This document shows positions 1 through 12,089 of a stretch of DNA of 64,000 nt, piece by piece (position 1 is the stretch's first letter; each line of letters begins with the position of its first letter). The notes under the pieces are model-generated. The model was given only the letters and a program-made list of their open reading frames with translations. It had not been told where the DNA came from and did not search any database. The position numbers and the translations under genes are program-made. The stretch comes from Eledone cirrhosa (lineage: Eukaryota): the NCBI GenBank assembly GCA_964016885.1, contig OZ024762.1:4960001-5024000 (forward strand), read 5' to 3'.

Positions 1-570
1 TGACTGGTTGGTTAGTTAACTGGCTGGTTGGTTAGTTAACTGGCTGGTTGGTTAGTTAACTGACTAGTTGGTTAGTTAACTGACTAGTTGGTTAGTTAAC
101 TGGCTGGTTGGTTAGTTAACTGGCTGGTTGGTTAGTTAACTGACTAGTTGGTTAGTTAACTGACTAGTTGGTTAGTTAACTGGCTGGTTGGTTAGTTAAC
201 TGGCTGGTTGGTTAGTTAACTGACTAGTTGGTTAGTTAACTGACTGGTTGGTTAGTTAACTGGCTGGTTGGTTAGTTAACTGGCTGGTTGGTTAGTTAAC
301 TGACTGGTTGGTTAGTTAACTGACTGGTTGGTTAGTTAACTGACTGGTTGGTTAGTTAACTGACTGGTTGGTTAGTTAACTGGCTGGTTGGTTAGTTAAC
401 TGACTAGTTGGTTAGTTAACTGACTAGTTGGTTAGTTAACTGACTGGTTGGTTAGTTAACTGACTGGTTGGTTAGTTAACTGGCTGGTTGGTTAATTAAC
501 TGACTAGTTGGTTAGTTAACTGACTGGTTGGTTAGTTAACTGACTGGTTGGTTAGTTAACTGGCTGGTTG
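1..570. repeat. 20-bp minisatellite (TGRCTRGTTGGTTAGTTAAC)n, runs off the window start
   Basis: About 28 head-to-tail near-identical units, no spacers. Confidence 0.97.
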
Positions 571-1267
571 GATGGTTACATGGAGGATTAGCTGTCTGAC
601 AGGTTGACTACCTCTACTAAATAATTTACAAAGAAATAATGTTTCTTTTTCATTGCTTGATATCCCCCCACCCATTGTCAAACAGGTGTAGAGACACAAG
701 AAAAAGCTTGGTGTGTGAGGAGGCCCAAAACATCTGCCATGTGGGCGGGGTATCATTCACACATCCCTACCCTGCATTTTAACACTGAAATTATATAACT
801 GGCACTCTCTAGGTTACGATGACAGGTATTCCAGTTATTACAATGAATGGAACAGCCTGCTTGTGAAATTAATGTACAGGTGGCTGAGCATTTCACAAGC
901 ACACATACCCCTAACTACTAAGCCATGTATTTGGTATTTACATTACTCTATATATACTATTATATTTTCACAGTAAAGGCTTTATCTCACATAATTGTCT
1001 CACATAATATCGAACCTATGAGATTTTGATATTATTTATTTTGAGAACAATACCTCAACATCAGTATCAGCAGCCAGTTACAGCCGGTTTGAACAGAAAG
1101 AGTGAAAGAATTCTGGCCAGATATGGCCAGTTTAAATGCTAAAGTGTTAATACTGATATTGTATAAATAAAATGAGTCATCAGGCTGGTGCTTATCCCGG
1201 TTTTCATGGTATGAAACGACTAAGAGTACAAGACTCTCCCCTGGACATGACACCAGTCCATCACAGG

Positions 1268-1452
1268 GTTAACCCTTTAACATTTACATTACTCTATATT
1301 TACTATTGTATTTTCATGGTAAACACTTCATTTAAAACTATTATTTATTTTTGAGAACAATACCTTAACATAAGTATGAGCAGCCAGTTTGAACAGAAAG
1401 AGGTGAGATAATTCTGGCCAGATACAGCCAGTTTAAATGCTAGGGGGTTAAA
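1268..1452. mobile_element. piggyBac-like non-autonomous MITE (representative copy of a family with about 10 copies in the window)
   Basis: TTAA|CCCTTTARCATTTA ... TAAATGCTAARGGG|TTAA: TTAA target site and CCC-starting TIRs. Related copies at about 934-1150, 4055-4442, 7678-8113, 9223-9418, 14970-15316, 17007-17232, 28849-29044, 30129-30266, 46959-47161, 56240-56351. Confidence 0.75.
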
Positions 1453-1610
1453 CCCATAGCTATTGTTGGTATTCATTTTTCAGCTGAGTATATTGGAGGA
1501 ATGTGAAATGAAGGGTTTTGCTCAAGAAGACAACACACAACCCACGACATTATGATCATAAGTCCAACACCCTTACCATTAGGCCAGCTGAAGAATTTGA
1601 TGGCACTTTG

Positions 1611-2109
1611 ATACCACAGACATGGCTGTGTGGTTCAAATATCACAGACATGGCTGTGGTTCAAATACCACAGACATGGCTGTGTGGTTCAAATACCACA
1701 GACATGGCTGTGTGGTTCAAATACCACAGACATGGCTATGTGGTTCAAATACCACAGACATGGCTGTGTGGTTCAAATACCACAGACATGGCTGTGTGGT
1801 TCAAATATCACAGACATGGCTGTGTGGTTCAAATATCACAGACATGGCTGTATGGTTCAAATATCACAGACATGGCTGTGTGGTTCAAATATCACAGACA
1901 TGGCTGTGTGGTTCAAATATCACAGACATGGCTGTGTGGTTCAAATATCACAGACATGGCTGTGTGGTTCAAATATCACAGACATGGCTGTGTGGTTCAA
2001 ATACCACAGACATGGCTGTGTGGTTCAAATACCACAGACATGGCTGTGTGGTTCAAATACCACAGACATGGCTGTGTGGTTCAAATACCACAGACATGGC
2101 TGTGTGGTT
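1611..2109. repeat. 28-bp minisatellite (AAATAYCACAGACATGGCTGTGTGGTTC)n
   Basis: About 18 tandem units; each has an imperfect palindrome CACAG-ACATGG-CTGTG. It explains the three overlapping repetitive ORFs at 1518-2135. Confidence 0.95.
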
Positions 2110-2389
2110 TGAGAGTTAGCTTTACAACCTTGTAGGTTCAGTCCTACTGTGTGGCTGTAATTTAGAGATGGTCAATCAATGACTGTAATTTAGAGATGGT
2201 TGAGTGATATGACAGCCTTCTACATTTTGCCTGTATTGTTATTGTTGTTGCTGTTGATGTTGTTAGTGTTATTGTTGCTGTTGCTGATGTTATTGTTATT
2301 GTTGTTTCTGTTGTGGTTGTTGCTATGTACATCTATCTTCCTGTCTGTCTGTGTTGTATGATCATTATAATTGTTTGTCCTTGAAACAT

Positions 2390-3150
2390 ACTTATACACC
2401 AGGTCCGAAAACAAAGGAACCAAACTCCCACTGTCACTGCCTCCATCTCTCTCTATTTTGAGCAAATGGGGGCCCACACCCTGGCAGCCTTGGTGGACAG
2501 AATAGTAAAGGCGTTTCCCAGGTGGATTGTGAGATGCACTGGAAGAGCCATTCCAGCTCACAAGGCTCACACCTATGGGTAGCCAACTCTGTGCCAATGG
2601 TGGTGAGTAGGGAGGTGGTCCTAGGGCCAAGGACACCAGAAGTTTCCTCTGCTACAGGTAACCAACTCTGTGCTGATGGTAGTGAGTAGGGAGGTGGTCC
2701 TAGGGCCAAGGACACCAAAAGTCTCCTCTGTTACAGGTAACCAACTCTGTGCTGATGGTGGTGGTGAATAGAGAGGTGGTCCTAGGGCCAAGGACACCAG
2801 AAGTCTCCTCTGCTACAGGTAACCAACTCTGTGCTGATGGTGGTGGTGAATAGAGAGGTGGTCCTAGGGCCAAGGACACCAGAAGTCTCCTCTGCTACAG
2901 GTAACCAACTCTGTGCTGATGGTGGTGGTGAATAGAGAGGTGGTCCTAGGGCCAAGGACACCAAAAGTCTCCTCTGTTACAGGTAACCAACTCTGTGCTG
3001 ATGGTGGTGAGTAGGGAGGTGGTCCTAGGGCCAAGGACATCAGAAGTCTCCTCTGTTACAGGTAACCAACTCTGTGCTGATGGTGGTGAGTAGGGAGGTG
3101 GTCCTAGGGCCAAGGACATCAGAAGTCTCCACTGCCATGTGCTCCACCAC
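2390..3150 (-). mobile_element. Decayed 3' end of a CRE-like (restriction-like endonuclease) non-LTR retrotransposon with internal 79-82-bp tandem amplification
   Basis: Minus-strand translation VETSGVLGPRTTSLLTTIGTELATHRCEPCELEWLFQCIS resembles the PxAVETxGxxGP...G..L....EPR...LFQRIS tail of CRE-clade RLE domains. An unamplified relative lies at 48250-48530. Confidence 0.6.
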
Positions 3151-3431
3151 AAACCTATCAGAGAGTAAACATTGTTTTGCAGTGTTATCAGATTATATTA
3201 CTAAATATATAACGTGCTTTACGAGTAATCTGTATGATATGGTGGCATTCTAAGTCAACGAAGTAAAAGGCAGCACTGACAACATTTGTCAGTAGCTTTA
3301 AATAATGGTGCGGGAGAAATGGAAGGAATTTTATACTCAGACCATTCAAAGTTATAACAACTCTACTTAGCGCTTAGTCATAACATCGTCCCTTTAATTC
3401 TTTGTCTCGTAAATTGTTTATTTTGATCTTT

Positions 3432-3436
<5 letters not shown>

Positions 3437-3508
<72 letters not shown>

Positions 3509-3921
3509 AAACATTAATTAGAGATGACTATTGAGAACAAATTACATAGAACGCACTGGACATATATATACACACACATTATACATATACACACACATAC
3601 ATACACACACACACACATACATATACACACACATACATATACACACACACATACATTATACATATACACACCCACACATCATACATATACACACACACAT
3701 TATACATATACACACACACATTATACATATACACACACACACATTATACATATATACAAACACATTATACATACACACACACACATACATATACACACAC
3801 ACACACACATTATACATATACACACACACATTATACATATATATATATATATATACAAATACACATATATTGTCACACACAGCTTCACATACGCACATAG
3901 ACAATTACATACACATACATA
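3437..3921. repeat. (CT)n followed by compound (CA)/(TA) microsatellite
   Basis: Seen directly; source of the His/Thr/Ile/Tyr-rich spurious ORFs. Confidence 0.95.
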
Positions 3922-4944
3922 GTTGATGTGTGGAACTATGTGTCACCATTCCCTGTACTCAGTGACCTCAGTATAGCCAAGTGATTAAGAGGTTCATTAA
4001 GCAATCATTAGGTGCTGGGTTCACTCTCACAGTGTGGCATGTAGGTTAATTGTTTAGCATTTAAACCAGCCGTATCCAGCCAGAATCCTCTCATCTCTTT
4101 CTGCTCAAACCGGCTGTATCTGGCTGCTCATACTGACGTTAAAGTGTTGTTCTCAAAATAAATAACATGAAAATCTTGTAGATTTGATATTATGTATTGG
4201 CAGTATTGGTAGAGGGTCGGATGCCATGCTTTGACGCATAGAGTTACGGCCCTTGCCATTCTGAGTTCAAATCCCGCCGAGGTTAACTTTGCCTTTCATC
4301 CTTACGGGGTCGATAAAATAAAGTACCAGTAATACACTGGGTAATTGGTGGCCTTGTGCCAAAAATAGAAACAATTATGTAAGGTCCTTTAGTACAGAAA
4401 TACAATAGTAAATATAAAGTAATGTAAATGCTAGAGGGTTAAGAGTCCATAGCTTCAGATAGACCCAAAGCTTGTGAATAGAACTTGGTAGACAGAAACT
4501 ATTTAGAAGCCTGTCAGGTGCAGGGACAAACTTTCACCTGCTGATTCCCTATGCTATATGAAATTTAAAGCCCTTCTCTAAAAAAATATAATAATTAATT
4601 TTAATAAAGAATAAATTATATATATAATTTATAAATTATATATATAATTTTTGATGATTTAGTGTTAAAGAATAAAAACTAATGATAAAATAAAAATATA
4701 TATTTAAAAATGAGCCCCCCCCCCCCCCCCCCGAAATGTAATAGTATATATAGAGTAATGTAAAGGCTAAAGGGTTAAAGAGAACAAAAAAAAGGGAAAT
4801 GAAAAGAAAAAAATAAGCAATTAAAGAAAGGGAGTGGGGATGAGTGACAGACACTACACCACCACCACCCCCCCAATGCTCTACCGATTCTAGCATCCTC
4901 CGCCCTTGTTATGGTTTCTGATAAGGATTTGTTTTCATTCCTAG

Positions 4945-5104
4945 GTTTCACAGGGGCCTCAACTGCCGTCTACATTGCTGAGTGTGCTCCAGTTAAGATG
5001 AGAGGAAAGTTAATCGGACTGAGCCAAATTTTTCTGACCTTAGGAATCTTGACTGCAACTATTTGCGCTGGGATTTTCAGTTATGATACTGTCGACGGCT
5101 GGAG
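4945..5104 (+). CDS. SLC2A13: HMIT-like sugar-porter, first exon visible in window (GFTGASTAVYIAECAP...GKLIGLSQIFLTLGIL...DGWR)
   Basis: ctag|GT acceptor, AG|gtaagt donor; sugar-porter motifs YIAE.AP..RG and GWR. Upstream exons lie before the window or were not recognised. Confidence 0.88.
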
Positions 5105-6433
5105 GTAAGTCTGAAAACACTGGCTCTTTATAGTTGTGTGTGGGTGTAAGTGTGTTGGTGTGTATGTGCAAGTGTGTTGGATTGGGTGTGAGTGTGTGGA
5201 TATATTAACAGACAGGTGAGTATGGTGTGGAGTGGTGTGGAGTGGTGTGGTATGGTACGGTATGGTACGGTACGGTGTGGTATTGTATGGTGTGGTACGG
5301 TATGGTATGGTGTGGTGCCATAACCCCTGAGGGAATCGTAGGGGCACCGTAGTGACATACAGCAGCACTCGGGGTATTTTAAGTCTGACAGAGTCCATCT
5401 CCTCTCCAGGTCTGAATACAGTAGATTTCTTCCAGAGAACGATAGAGAGTGAGAAAGAAATATAGAGGAAGAATCTACCTTGGTACTAGACTGGTTGTTC
5501 TTTTATCGACCTTGACCTTGAAAGGATGAAAAGTTAAAGCTGAACTCAGAGAGCCAGAATGAATAACATAAAGCATTCTGTCCAACATTCTACCAACTCT
5601 GTAAACTCATCACCCATAACAGATAGGTGGACTGATGGACAAACATACAGATGGATCAGTGGACACAAAACAAATTAGACAAAGATAGACAGACTATATG
5701 AATACACCCGGGACACTCTGTAAAGTAGTTGATAATATAAAGGACATGTAATCCATGGTTTGTGGTAGCCCATCCAACCCATGCCAGCATTAAAGAACAG
5801 ACATTAAATGATGATGAGAAATATGTGTGCGTGTGTATATATATATATTATTTATTTATTTATACCATTACCCAAGGTTTCACAGTGTCAGACGAGATAT
5901 TTATATATATATCATCATCATCATTTAATGTCTATCTTCCATGCTAGCATGGGTTAGACGGGAATTGTCCCATTTGAGGCAAAATTGGTTGGGTGACCAT
6001 GTCTTGCTCGTATAGGACTATCTGGCAGGTTTTCTATGGCTGAATGCCCTTCCTAACACCAACCACATTTACAGTGTGGACTCGGAGCTTTTTACTGTGT
6101 TACCTACATGACCACATTACAGTGTGGACTGGGAGCTTTTTACCGTGTTACCTACACGACTACATCACCGTTTTACCTCCATTTTTCCACGCTAACATGT
6201 GTTAGACGAGTTGTCCCGTTGTGGGCAATGCCAGGTCAAGTGACCATATTTTGTTCATGCAGAACTGATTTTGGTTTAATTTCTACAGCTGGATGCCCTT
6301 CCTAACCCCAACCTCATTTCGAATTTACTCAAGCTTTCTCTGCACAACGCCAGAGTTGGCCAGGTATTTTACAGCTGGATGCCCTTCATAACTCCAACCA
6401 CATTTACAGTAATATATTATTTTTATCCATTAG

Positions 6434-6645
6434 GTATATGTGGGGCTTCCAGGGAGTATGGTCTGTTATCCAGTTCACTGGGTTACTGTTCATGCCCGAA
6501 TCACCTCGATGGCTGCTGCAGAAAATGAGATTTACTGAGAGTAAAAATGCTTTGATGAAACTGCGAAGAGGCCCTAATGTTGAAGCAGAATTTATTAAAA
6601 TCAAGCAGAGCTGTTTTGAAGATCAGAAGAATAGCCAAGATTTAG
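6434..6645 (+). CDS. SLC2A13: HMIT-like exon (YMWGF...FMPESPRWLLQK...EAEFIKIK)
   Basis: tag|G acceptor in phase with the previous exon; PESPRWL motif; G|gtgatt donor. Confidence 0.88.
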
Positions 6646-6730
6646 GTGATTTTATGATTTTATTGTAATGTTTTGTGGGGGGGGGGGGGGGGTTTATTGG
6701 GGTGGGGGGGGTTTAATGAGTTCCCTATCC

Positions 6731-7404
6731 CAGCGGTCGACAACCGGTGGTACGTGGAACACCGGTTGTCTGAGAGAAAATGTTGATCCGCTGAAAAATG
6801 TGGACTTTATTTGAAATTTTTATGTTTTATTAATAATTGTTTCTACTTTTGGTAATAGGCCAGCAATTACCCGGTACATTACTGGTACTTTATTTTATCG
6901 ACCTCGTAAGGATGAAAAGCAAAGTTAACCTCGGCTGGATTTGAACTCAGACTGTAAAAGGACGTAACTATGCTAGAAAGCATTGCGTCTACCACCCTGT
7001 TTTATTAATAATGAAACAAAAATAATATTTGGTTAAAATATGTTAAATAGTCCACACTGTAAACGTGGTTGGTGTTAGGAAGGGCATCCAACCGTAGAAA
7101 ACCCGCCAGACAGTCCTATACGAGCAGGACAACCAATCTTGCCTCAAGTGGGAAAACTCCCGTCCAAACCCATGCAAGCGTGGAAGATGGATGTTAAACG
7201 ATGATGATGATGATGATGATTCTCCTCAGTAAAGAACTAACATCCATGAATGAATTATACACATATGTATCATCTATCGACAATATGATACACGTACGCT
7301 TCAGTATTGTTTTGACCATTGACCATTAATTCGTATTAGTGATCTGCGGGATTTAAAATTATGAATTTAGTTGTCCATGAGGTCCGAAATGTTGGCGACC
7401 GGTC
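6731..7404. mobile_element. hAT (Charlie-like) non-autonomous element with nested SINE pieces
   Basis: TIRs CAGCGGTCGACAAC / GTTGGCGACCGGTC; 8-bp TSD CCCTATCC / CCCTAACC (7/8). Confidence 0.6.
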
Positions 7405-7566
7405 CCCTAACCCATTGAGATGGATAACATCTATAAGATGGTTGCTTCTGATAAGACCCTCTGCAAGGTGTTTCTGAGGATTATGTCTCTGCCTCCAACC
7501 TTCTTAGGAATAAAAAAAATGGTAAGAGAAGAGAAAACCCTGTAATATGTGTTCCTTCACTTAGAT

Positions 7567-8339
7567 CAGAGGTTCTCAAAGTGGGCACTTCCATTCCCTG
7601 GAGGGCATTAAGAAGGTCCAGGAGGATGCTGCGGCCTAAAGGGTGATGGGGGTGGTAGAGATGATATAATACAATAGTAACCCTTTAGCATTTAAACCGG
7701 CCGTATCTGGCCAAAATTCTCTCACCTCTTTCTGTTCAAACTGGCTGTAACTGGCCACTCATACTGATGTTAAGGTATTGTTCTCAACATAAAAGGATTG
7801 ATCGACTTTCGTCAAATCGGACCGAGGAAACAATGTTTTCGTCAGTCTTTCCAGTTGCTAGTACTATCTATCGGTCGCAACTCCAGGTAGAAGGAGCAAC
7901 GTGAAATAAAGTGTCTTGTTCAAGGACATAACGCATCGCCCGGTCCAGGAATCGAACTCACAATCTCAAGATTGTGAATCCAATTCTCTAACCACTCAGC
8001 CACAATATCAAAATCTCATAGATTTGATATTATATGAGATAATTATGCAAGTTAAAGCCTTTACCATGAAAATATAATAGTAAATATAGAGTAATGTAAA
8101 TACTAAATGGTTAAATATCAAATTATACATATTATATATAATTATAGTAAAATAAAAAATATATATAATATTTATTTATACATAGTATATATTATATTAT
8201 TTAATATATATGAATTAATTATTTTATTTATTACATATTTACAATTTGCGTGTAGGCAGGTCTCTCTGGAAATAGGGGTGGGAGGAGCTGAGGGTATTAT
8301 GTGGCCTTAAGATGGGGAGCAAAAGTTTGAGAACCTTTG
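7567..8339. mobile_element. hAT (Charlie-like) MITE carrying a nested piggyBac-like MITE and SINE
   Basis: TIRs CAGAGGTTCTCAAA / TTTGAGAACCTTTG; 8-bp TSD ACTTAGAT / ATTTAGAT (7/8). Confidence 0.65.
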
Positions 8340-8869
8340 ATTTAGATTGTAACAGTAAAGGATCTGATGATGACAATCCAAATAAAGACAACTGTCTTAG
8401 TGGTTAAGTTATTTGGTTCATGAGTTCAATTCCCAGACCTTGGTGGTATGATGTGTCCTTGAGCAAGACACTTGATTTCACAATGTTTCAGTCCACTAAA
8501 CTGGTAAAAGTTAGTTGTATATGTAATTCAAAGAACCAGTGTGGTCACACACTGTGTCATACTGAATCTCCCTGAGAAATACATTAAAGATGCATGTGTC
8601 TATGGAATTCTCAGCCACTTAAACTATAAGATGAATTGTGCCTGTAATTGAAAGGACCAGCCTTGTCATGCTGAATCTCCCTGAGAACAAAGTTAAAAGT
8701 GCAGGTGCCTGGGATGCTTAGCCACCGGCATGTTGATTTCACAAGTAGATTGTTCGATTGTTTGAATCAACTAAAACACTGGTTGTCGGAACCAACACAG
8801 ACATACAGACATACACACGCACGCACATACAGATACACACACACACGCACGCACAGGTTACAGTCTTCC

Positions 8870-9200
8870 CTTCTTTTCCTACTTATTTTTAAGAGGGTTG
8901 GGGGGGGGGGGCCAAAGTCCTCAGACACGCCTTCCAGATCCAGAGGTTCCTATCAAAAGCAACTCTCACATGGATGTTGTCCAACCATCTTGCTCAGGGT
9001 CTCCTTCCAGTAATTCTTTCCTGAGACATTCTAACCACATGTCCATAGTATTGGAGCTGTGATCACTCAATTCGGAGAAGTAGCGGCTCTACTAGGAGTG
9101 ACTCTCTCATCTTCGAGCTACACGCTCTATCCAGTAATGTTACTCCAAAGACTCTTCAGGTGAACCCCATATTGGCCATTTGTTTTCACATGCTCCTTAT
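8870..9200 (-). mobile_element. RTE-clade LINE 3' fragment
   Basis: Reverse complement resembles 43680-44070 (RIExSQLxYYGHVVRMSQERI). Confidence 0.65.
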
Positions 9201-9493
9201 CTTAATTATTTATCTATATTATTTAACCCTTTATATCCGACTAGAATTCTCTCACCCCTTTCTGTTCAAACCGGCTGTAACCAGCTGTTCATACTGATGT
9301 TAAGGTATTGTGTTCAAAATAAATAATATCAAAATCTCATAGATTCGATATTTTGTGAGATAAAGTGCTTACCATGGAAATATAACAGTAAATATAGAGT
9401 AAATGGTAAAGGGTTAATTGTATTATTTCTGAGTGTTAGTTCGAAATACCAGCAGAAATTGGTGTATTATTTTCTTTCTTTTCTTTTCACCAG

Positions 9494-9605
9494 GATCTAT
9501 CCAAATCATTTTGAAAATACTAAGAACGCAACCAGTGAGGAGAGCTTTATTGGTCGGTTGTGGTATTCAAATGTTTTCACAGTTCTCTGGCTCCAATACC
9601 ATTAT
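9494..9605 (+). CDS. SLC2A13: HMIT-like exon ([37 protein letters not shown])
   Basis: cag|GA acceptor, AT|gtaag donor; matches HMIT [23 protein letters not shown]. Not in the ORF track. Confidence 0.9.
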
Positions 9606-9923
9606 GTAAGAAACATTATTTAACCCTTTCATTACCATAATTCTAATGAAAGACACTGTCTATGTTTAATCCTTTCATTGCCATATTTCTAATGAAAGAC
9701 ACTGTCTATGTTTAACCCTTTCAATACCATATTTCTAATGAAAGACACTGTCTATGTCATTAACCCTTTCATTATCATATTTCTAATATTTCTAATTGGG
9801 TACATTTTATCATAGATGAAACACAGGAGAGTGCCTTCTTACCAGTCAACTTCTGATGGTCCTTGTGATTTCAGTGGTGTCTTTCATCCATTTTTCTGTT
9901 GTCTTCAAAATTAATCATATATA

Positions 9924-11218
9924 CAGGGTGTGGACGATATTTGTTCGCAATTTTCAACTGCTAATTTTATGCAAATTTTTTTTACTTCCGTTGTCACTCC
10001 TGTCTTCATAAATTATTTATTTTCAGAATAATTGATTATTTATTTTCGATTATTTATTTTCAGAATAATTGATTATGAATAATTTTGATTATTTATTTTC
10101 AGAATAATTGATTATGAATAATTTTGAACCTCCAAATTTGTGGAAGAGGCATGGAGTTCTTCTTGGAATCCGCGCCGGGAGGACAAATAAGGAAATTTCA
10201 GACTTTCTCAGCGTCAGCAGGAGAATGGTGGAAAAGGTCAGAAAGGAATTGGAAGATTCAGGATTCGACTACGAAGCAACATCAGAGAGGAAAACACATG
10301 ATCGACGATCTGACGCCTTCAGAATGCCCGAGTTCGTCGCTGAAGTTCAGGATATCATCAACAATGAACCTAGCAAGTCGATGCGTGCCATTGCAAGGGA
10401 GAAAGGTGTGGATGAAAAGCTCATTAGGCCGGTGGTACATGAAGACATTCGCTACGTTTCATACAAGATGAGGAAAGGACAATTTCTGTCAAAGGCGATG
10501 CAAGAAAAGCGACTGAAGCACGCAAAGAAGCTGATCAACAAGTTCAAACACCCACTGGAGCCAGACATGCTGTGGTTTTTCTCCGACGAGAAAAACTTCT
10601 ACCAAGACCAGAAGATCAACTCCCAGAACAACAGGTGGCTCGCTGTCTCATTCAAAGACATGCCCAGAGTCATGCAGACAAAGTTTCCAGTGACAACACT
10701 GGTCTTGGGTGTCGTCAGCAGTCAAGGTGACGTCATGCCACCTCACTTCTTCCCTGGGGGCCTCAAGCTGAACGCCGATGGCTACATCCGCATTCTGAGC
10801 GAAGTAGTAAAGCCCTGGATCGACCAGGTAGCTGCAGGTAGACCGTACGTGTGGCAGCAAGACTCAGCGCCCTGCCATACCAGCTGAAAGACCCAAGCCT
10901 GGCTGTCAGAGAACTTCATCGACCACACTTCACCGGACATCTGGCCTCCCAGCTCGCCTAACTGCAACCCCCTCGACTTCTTTGTGTGGGGTGCAGTGGA
11001 ACAAGACACCAACAGATCTAACTGCAATACGAAAGACGATCTGAAAGCCAGGATCACAAGTGCCTTTAGGGGCCTAAGTCGGGGGACAGTAACAAAGGCC
11101 TGTAGCCGGTTCTGAGGCCGTCATGAAGACAAACTGACCCAAGTTTGATAAATATATCTTAAAAAATAAAACTACTGTGTTATTTTTTCCTAGGCGAACA
11201 AATATCGTCCGCACCCTG
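9924..11218 (+). mobile_element. Tc1/mariner DD37D (maT family) transposon, near full length, transposase pseudogenised
   Basis: TA|CAGGGTGTGGACGATATTTGTTCGC ... GCGAACAAATATCGTCCGCACCCTG|TA (25-bp TIR, 24/25 match, TA TSD). ORF 10108-10887 has an HTH, WFFSDEKNF and WQQDSAPCH; read through the TGA gives WPPSSPNCNPLD with 37 residues between D2 and D3. Confidence 0.92.
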
Positions 11219-11820
11219 TATATCTATATATATTGTTATACTTTAGGAGGGTCATGTTGCCAATAAAAACACATGCACCTGTTGGTTTTCACTTCAATTT
11301 ATTATAAGTTTCCGGTTGGTTTGTTGGTTCAATAACCGGATGGTTGTTTATATATTGTCAAAGCTCTTTCGTTACACATTCTATGACCTCCTCAGTGACT
11401 AGGTTTTTATTTAATGTGTCACTCCTTTGTTCTGATCTACACCATCTTGTTATTGTGTGTTATGTAATGTAAAAACAAGAAGTGTAAGTCAACAGATTAA
11501 AATTAACTTTGTTTATTCATATTATGAATAAACAAAGTTAATTTTAACCTGTTGACTTAAACTTGTTTTTATTAATATATATATACATATATGCATATTA
11601 GTTCATTACATTTTGTTTTAGTATATTTATTTTGACCTTGAATTATTTAAGTAACTGATACAAAAATAAAATGTATTGTCACAGAATCTCATGACATTAA
11701 TATTTCTAGTGTAACCTTTCCTTATCGTTCTTCTATATTTAGCTTGCTGGGGTCAGGGTGAAGTTGCTGTTTTATTGCCATCATTGTCATCTCCCTCTTA
11801 ACAGCTCTTGTTTTTTTGTG

Positions 11821-11987
11821 CTGCTGGGGTTCCACATACCCTCCTTACCAGATCAAGGTCTGCTGGGGTTCCACATACCCTCCTTACCAGATCAAGGTCT
11901 GCTGGGGTTCCACATACCCTCCTTACCAGATCAAGGCCTGCTGGGAGTTCCACATACCCTCCTTACCAGATCAAGGCCTGCTGGGGA
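11821..11987. repeat. 39-bp minisatellite, about 4 copies
   Basis: CTGCTGGGGTTCCACATACCCTCCTTACCAGATCAAGGT units; the flanks recur without the array at about 28080-28200. Confidence 0.9.
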
Positions 11988-12089
11988 AGCCTGTTTAATT
12001 GCCAACCACTCAACCATGAAGCAGGATGTACAAGGTTACATGGTACCGGTAGCAGGCAGATGCCTGGCCTGATGTTATAAATTTTTCTG

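Noticed and set aside
1611-2109. CRISPR-like array of 28-bp partly palindromic repeats
   Set aside because: Units are directly adjacent with no unique spacers, there are no cas genes, and the context is eukaryotic; it is a minisatellite. The same applies to the 30-, 51- and 61-bp arrays.
1518-2135. Three overlapping long ORFs with repeated peptides
   Set aside because: Artefact of a stop-free 28-bp unit cycling through frames.
7800-7850. Minus-strand CUGACGA ... GAAA hammerhead-like motif
   Set aside because: The stem after CUGACGA is not followed by GAAA; the GAAA is a tetraloop of a separate hairpin.
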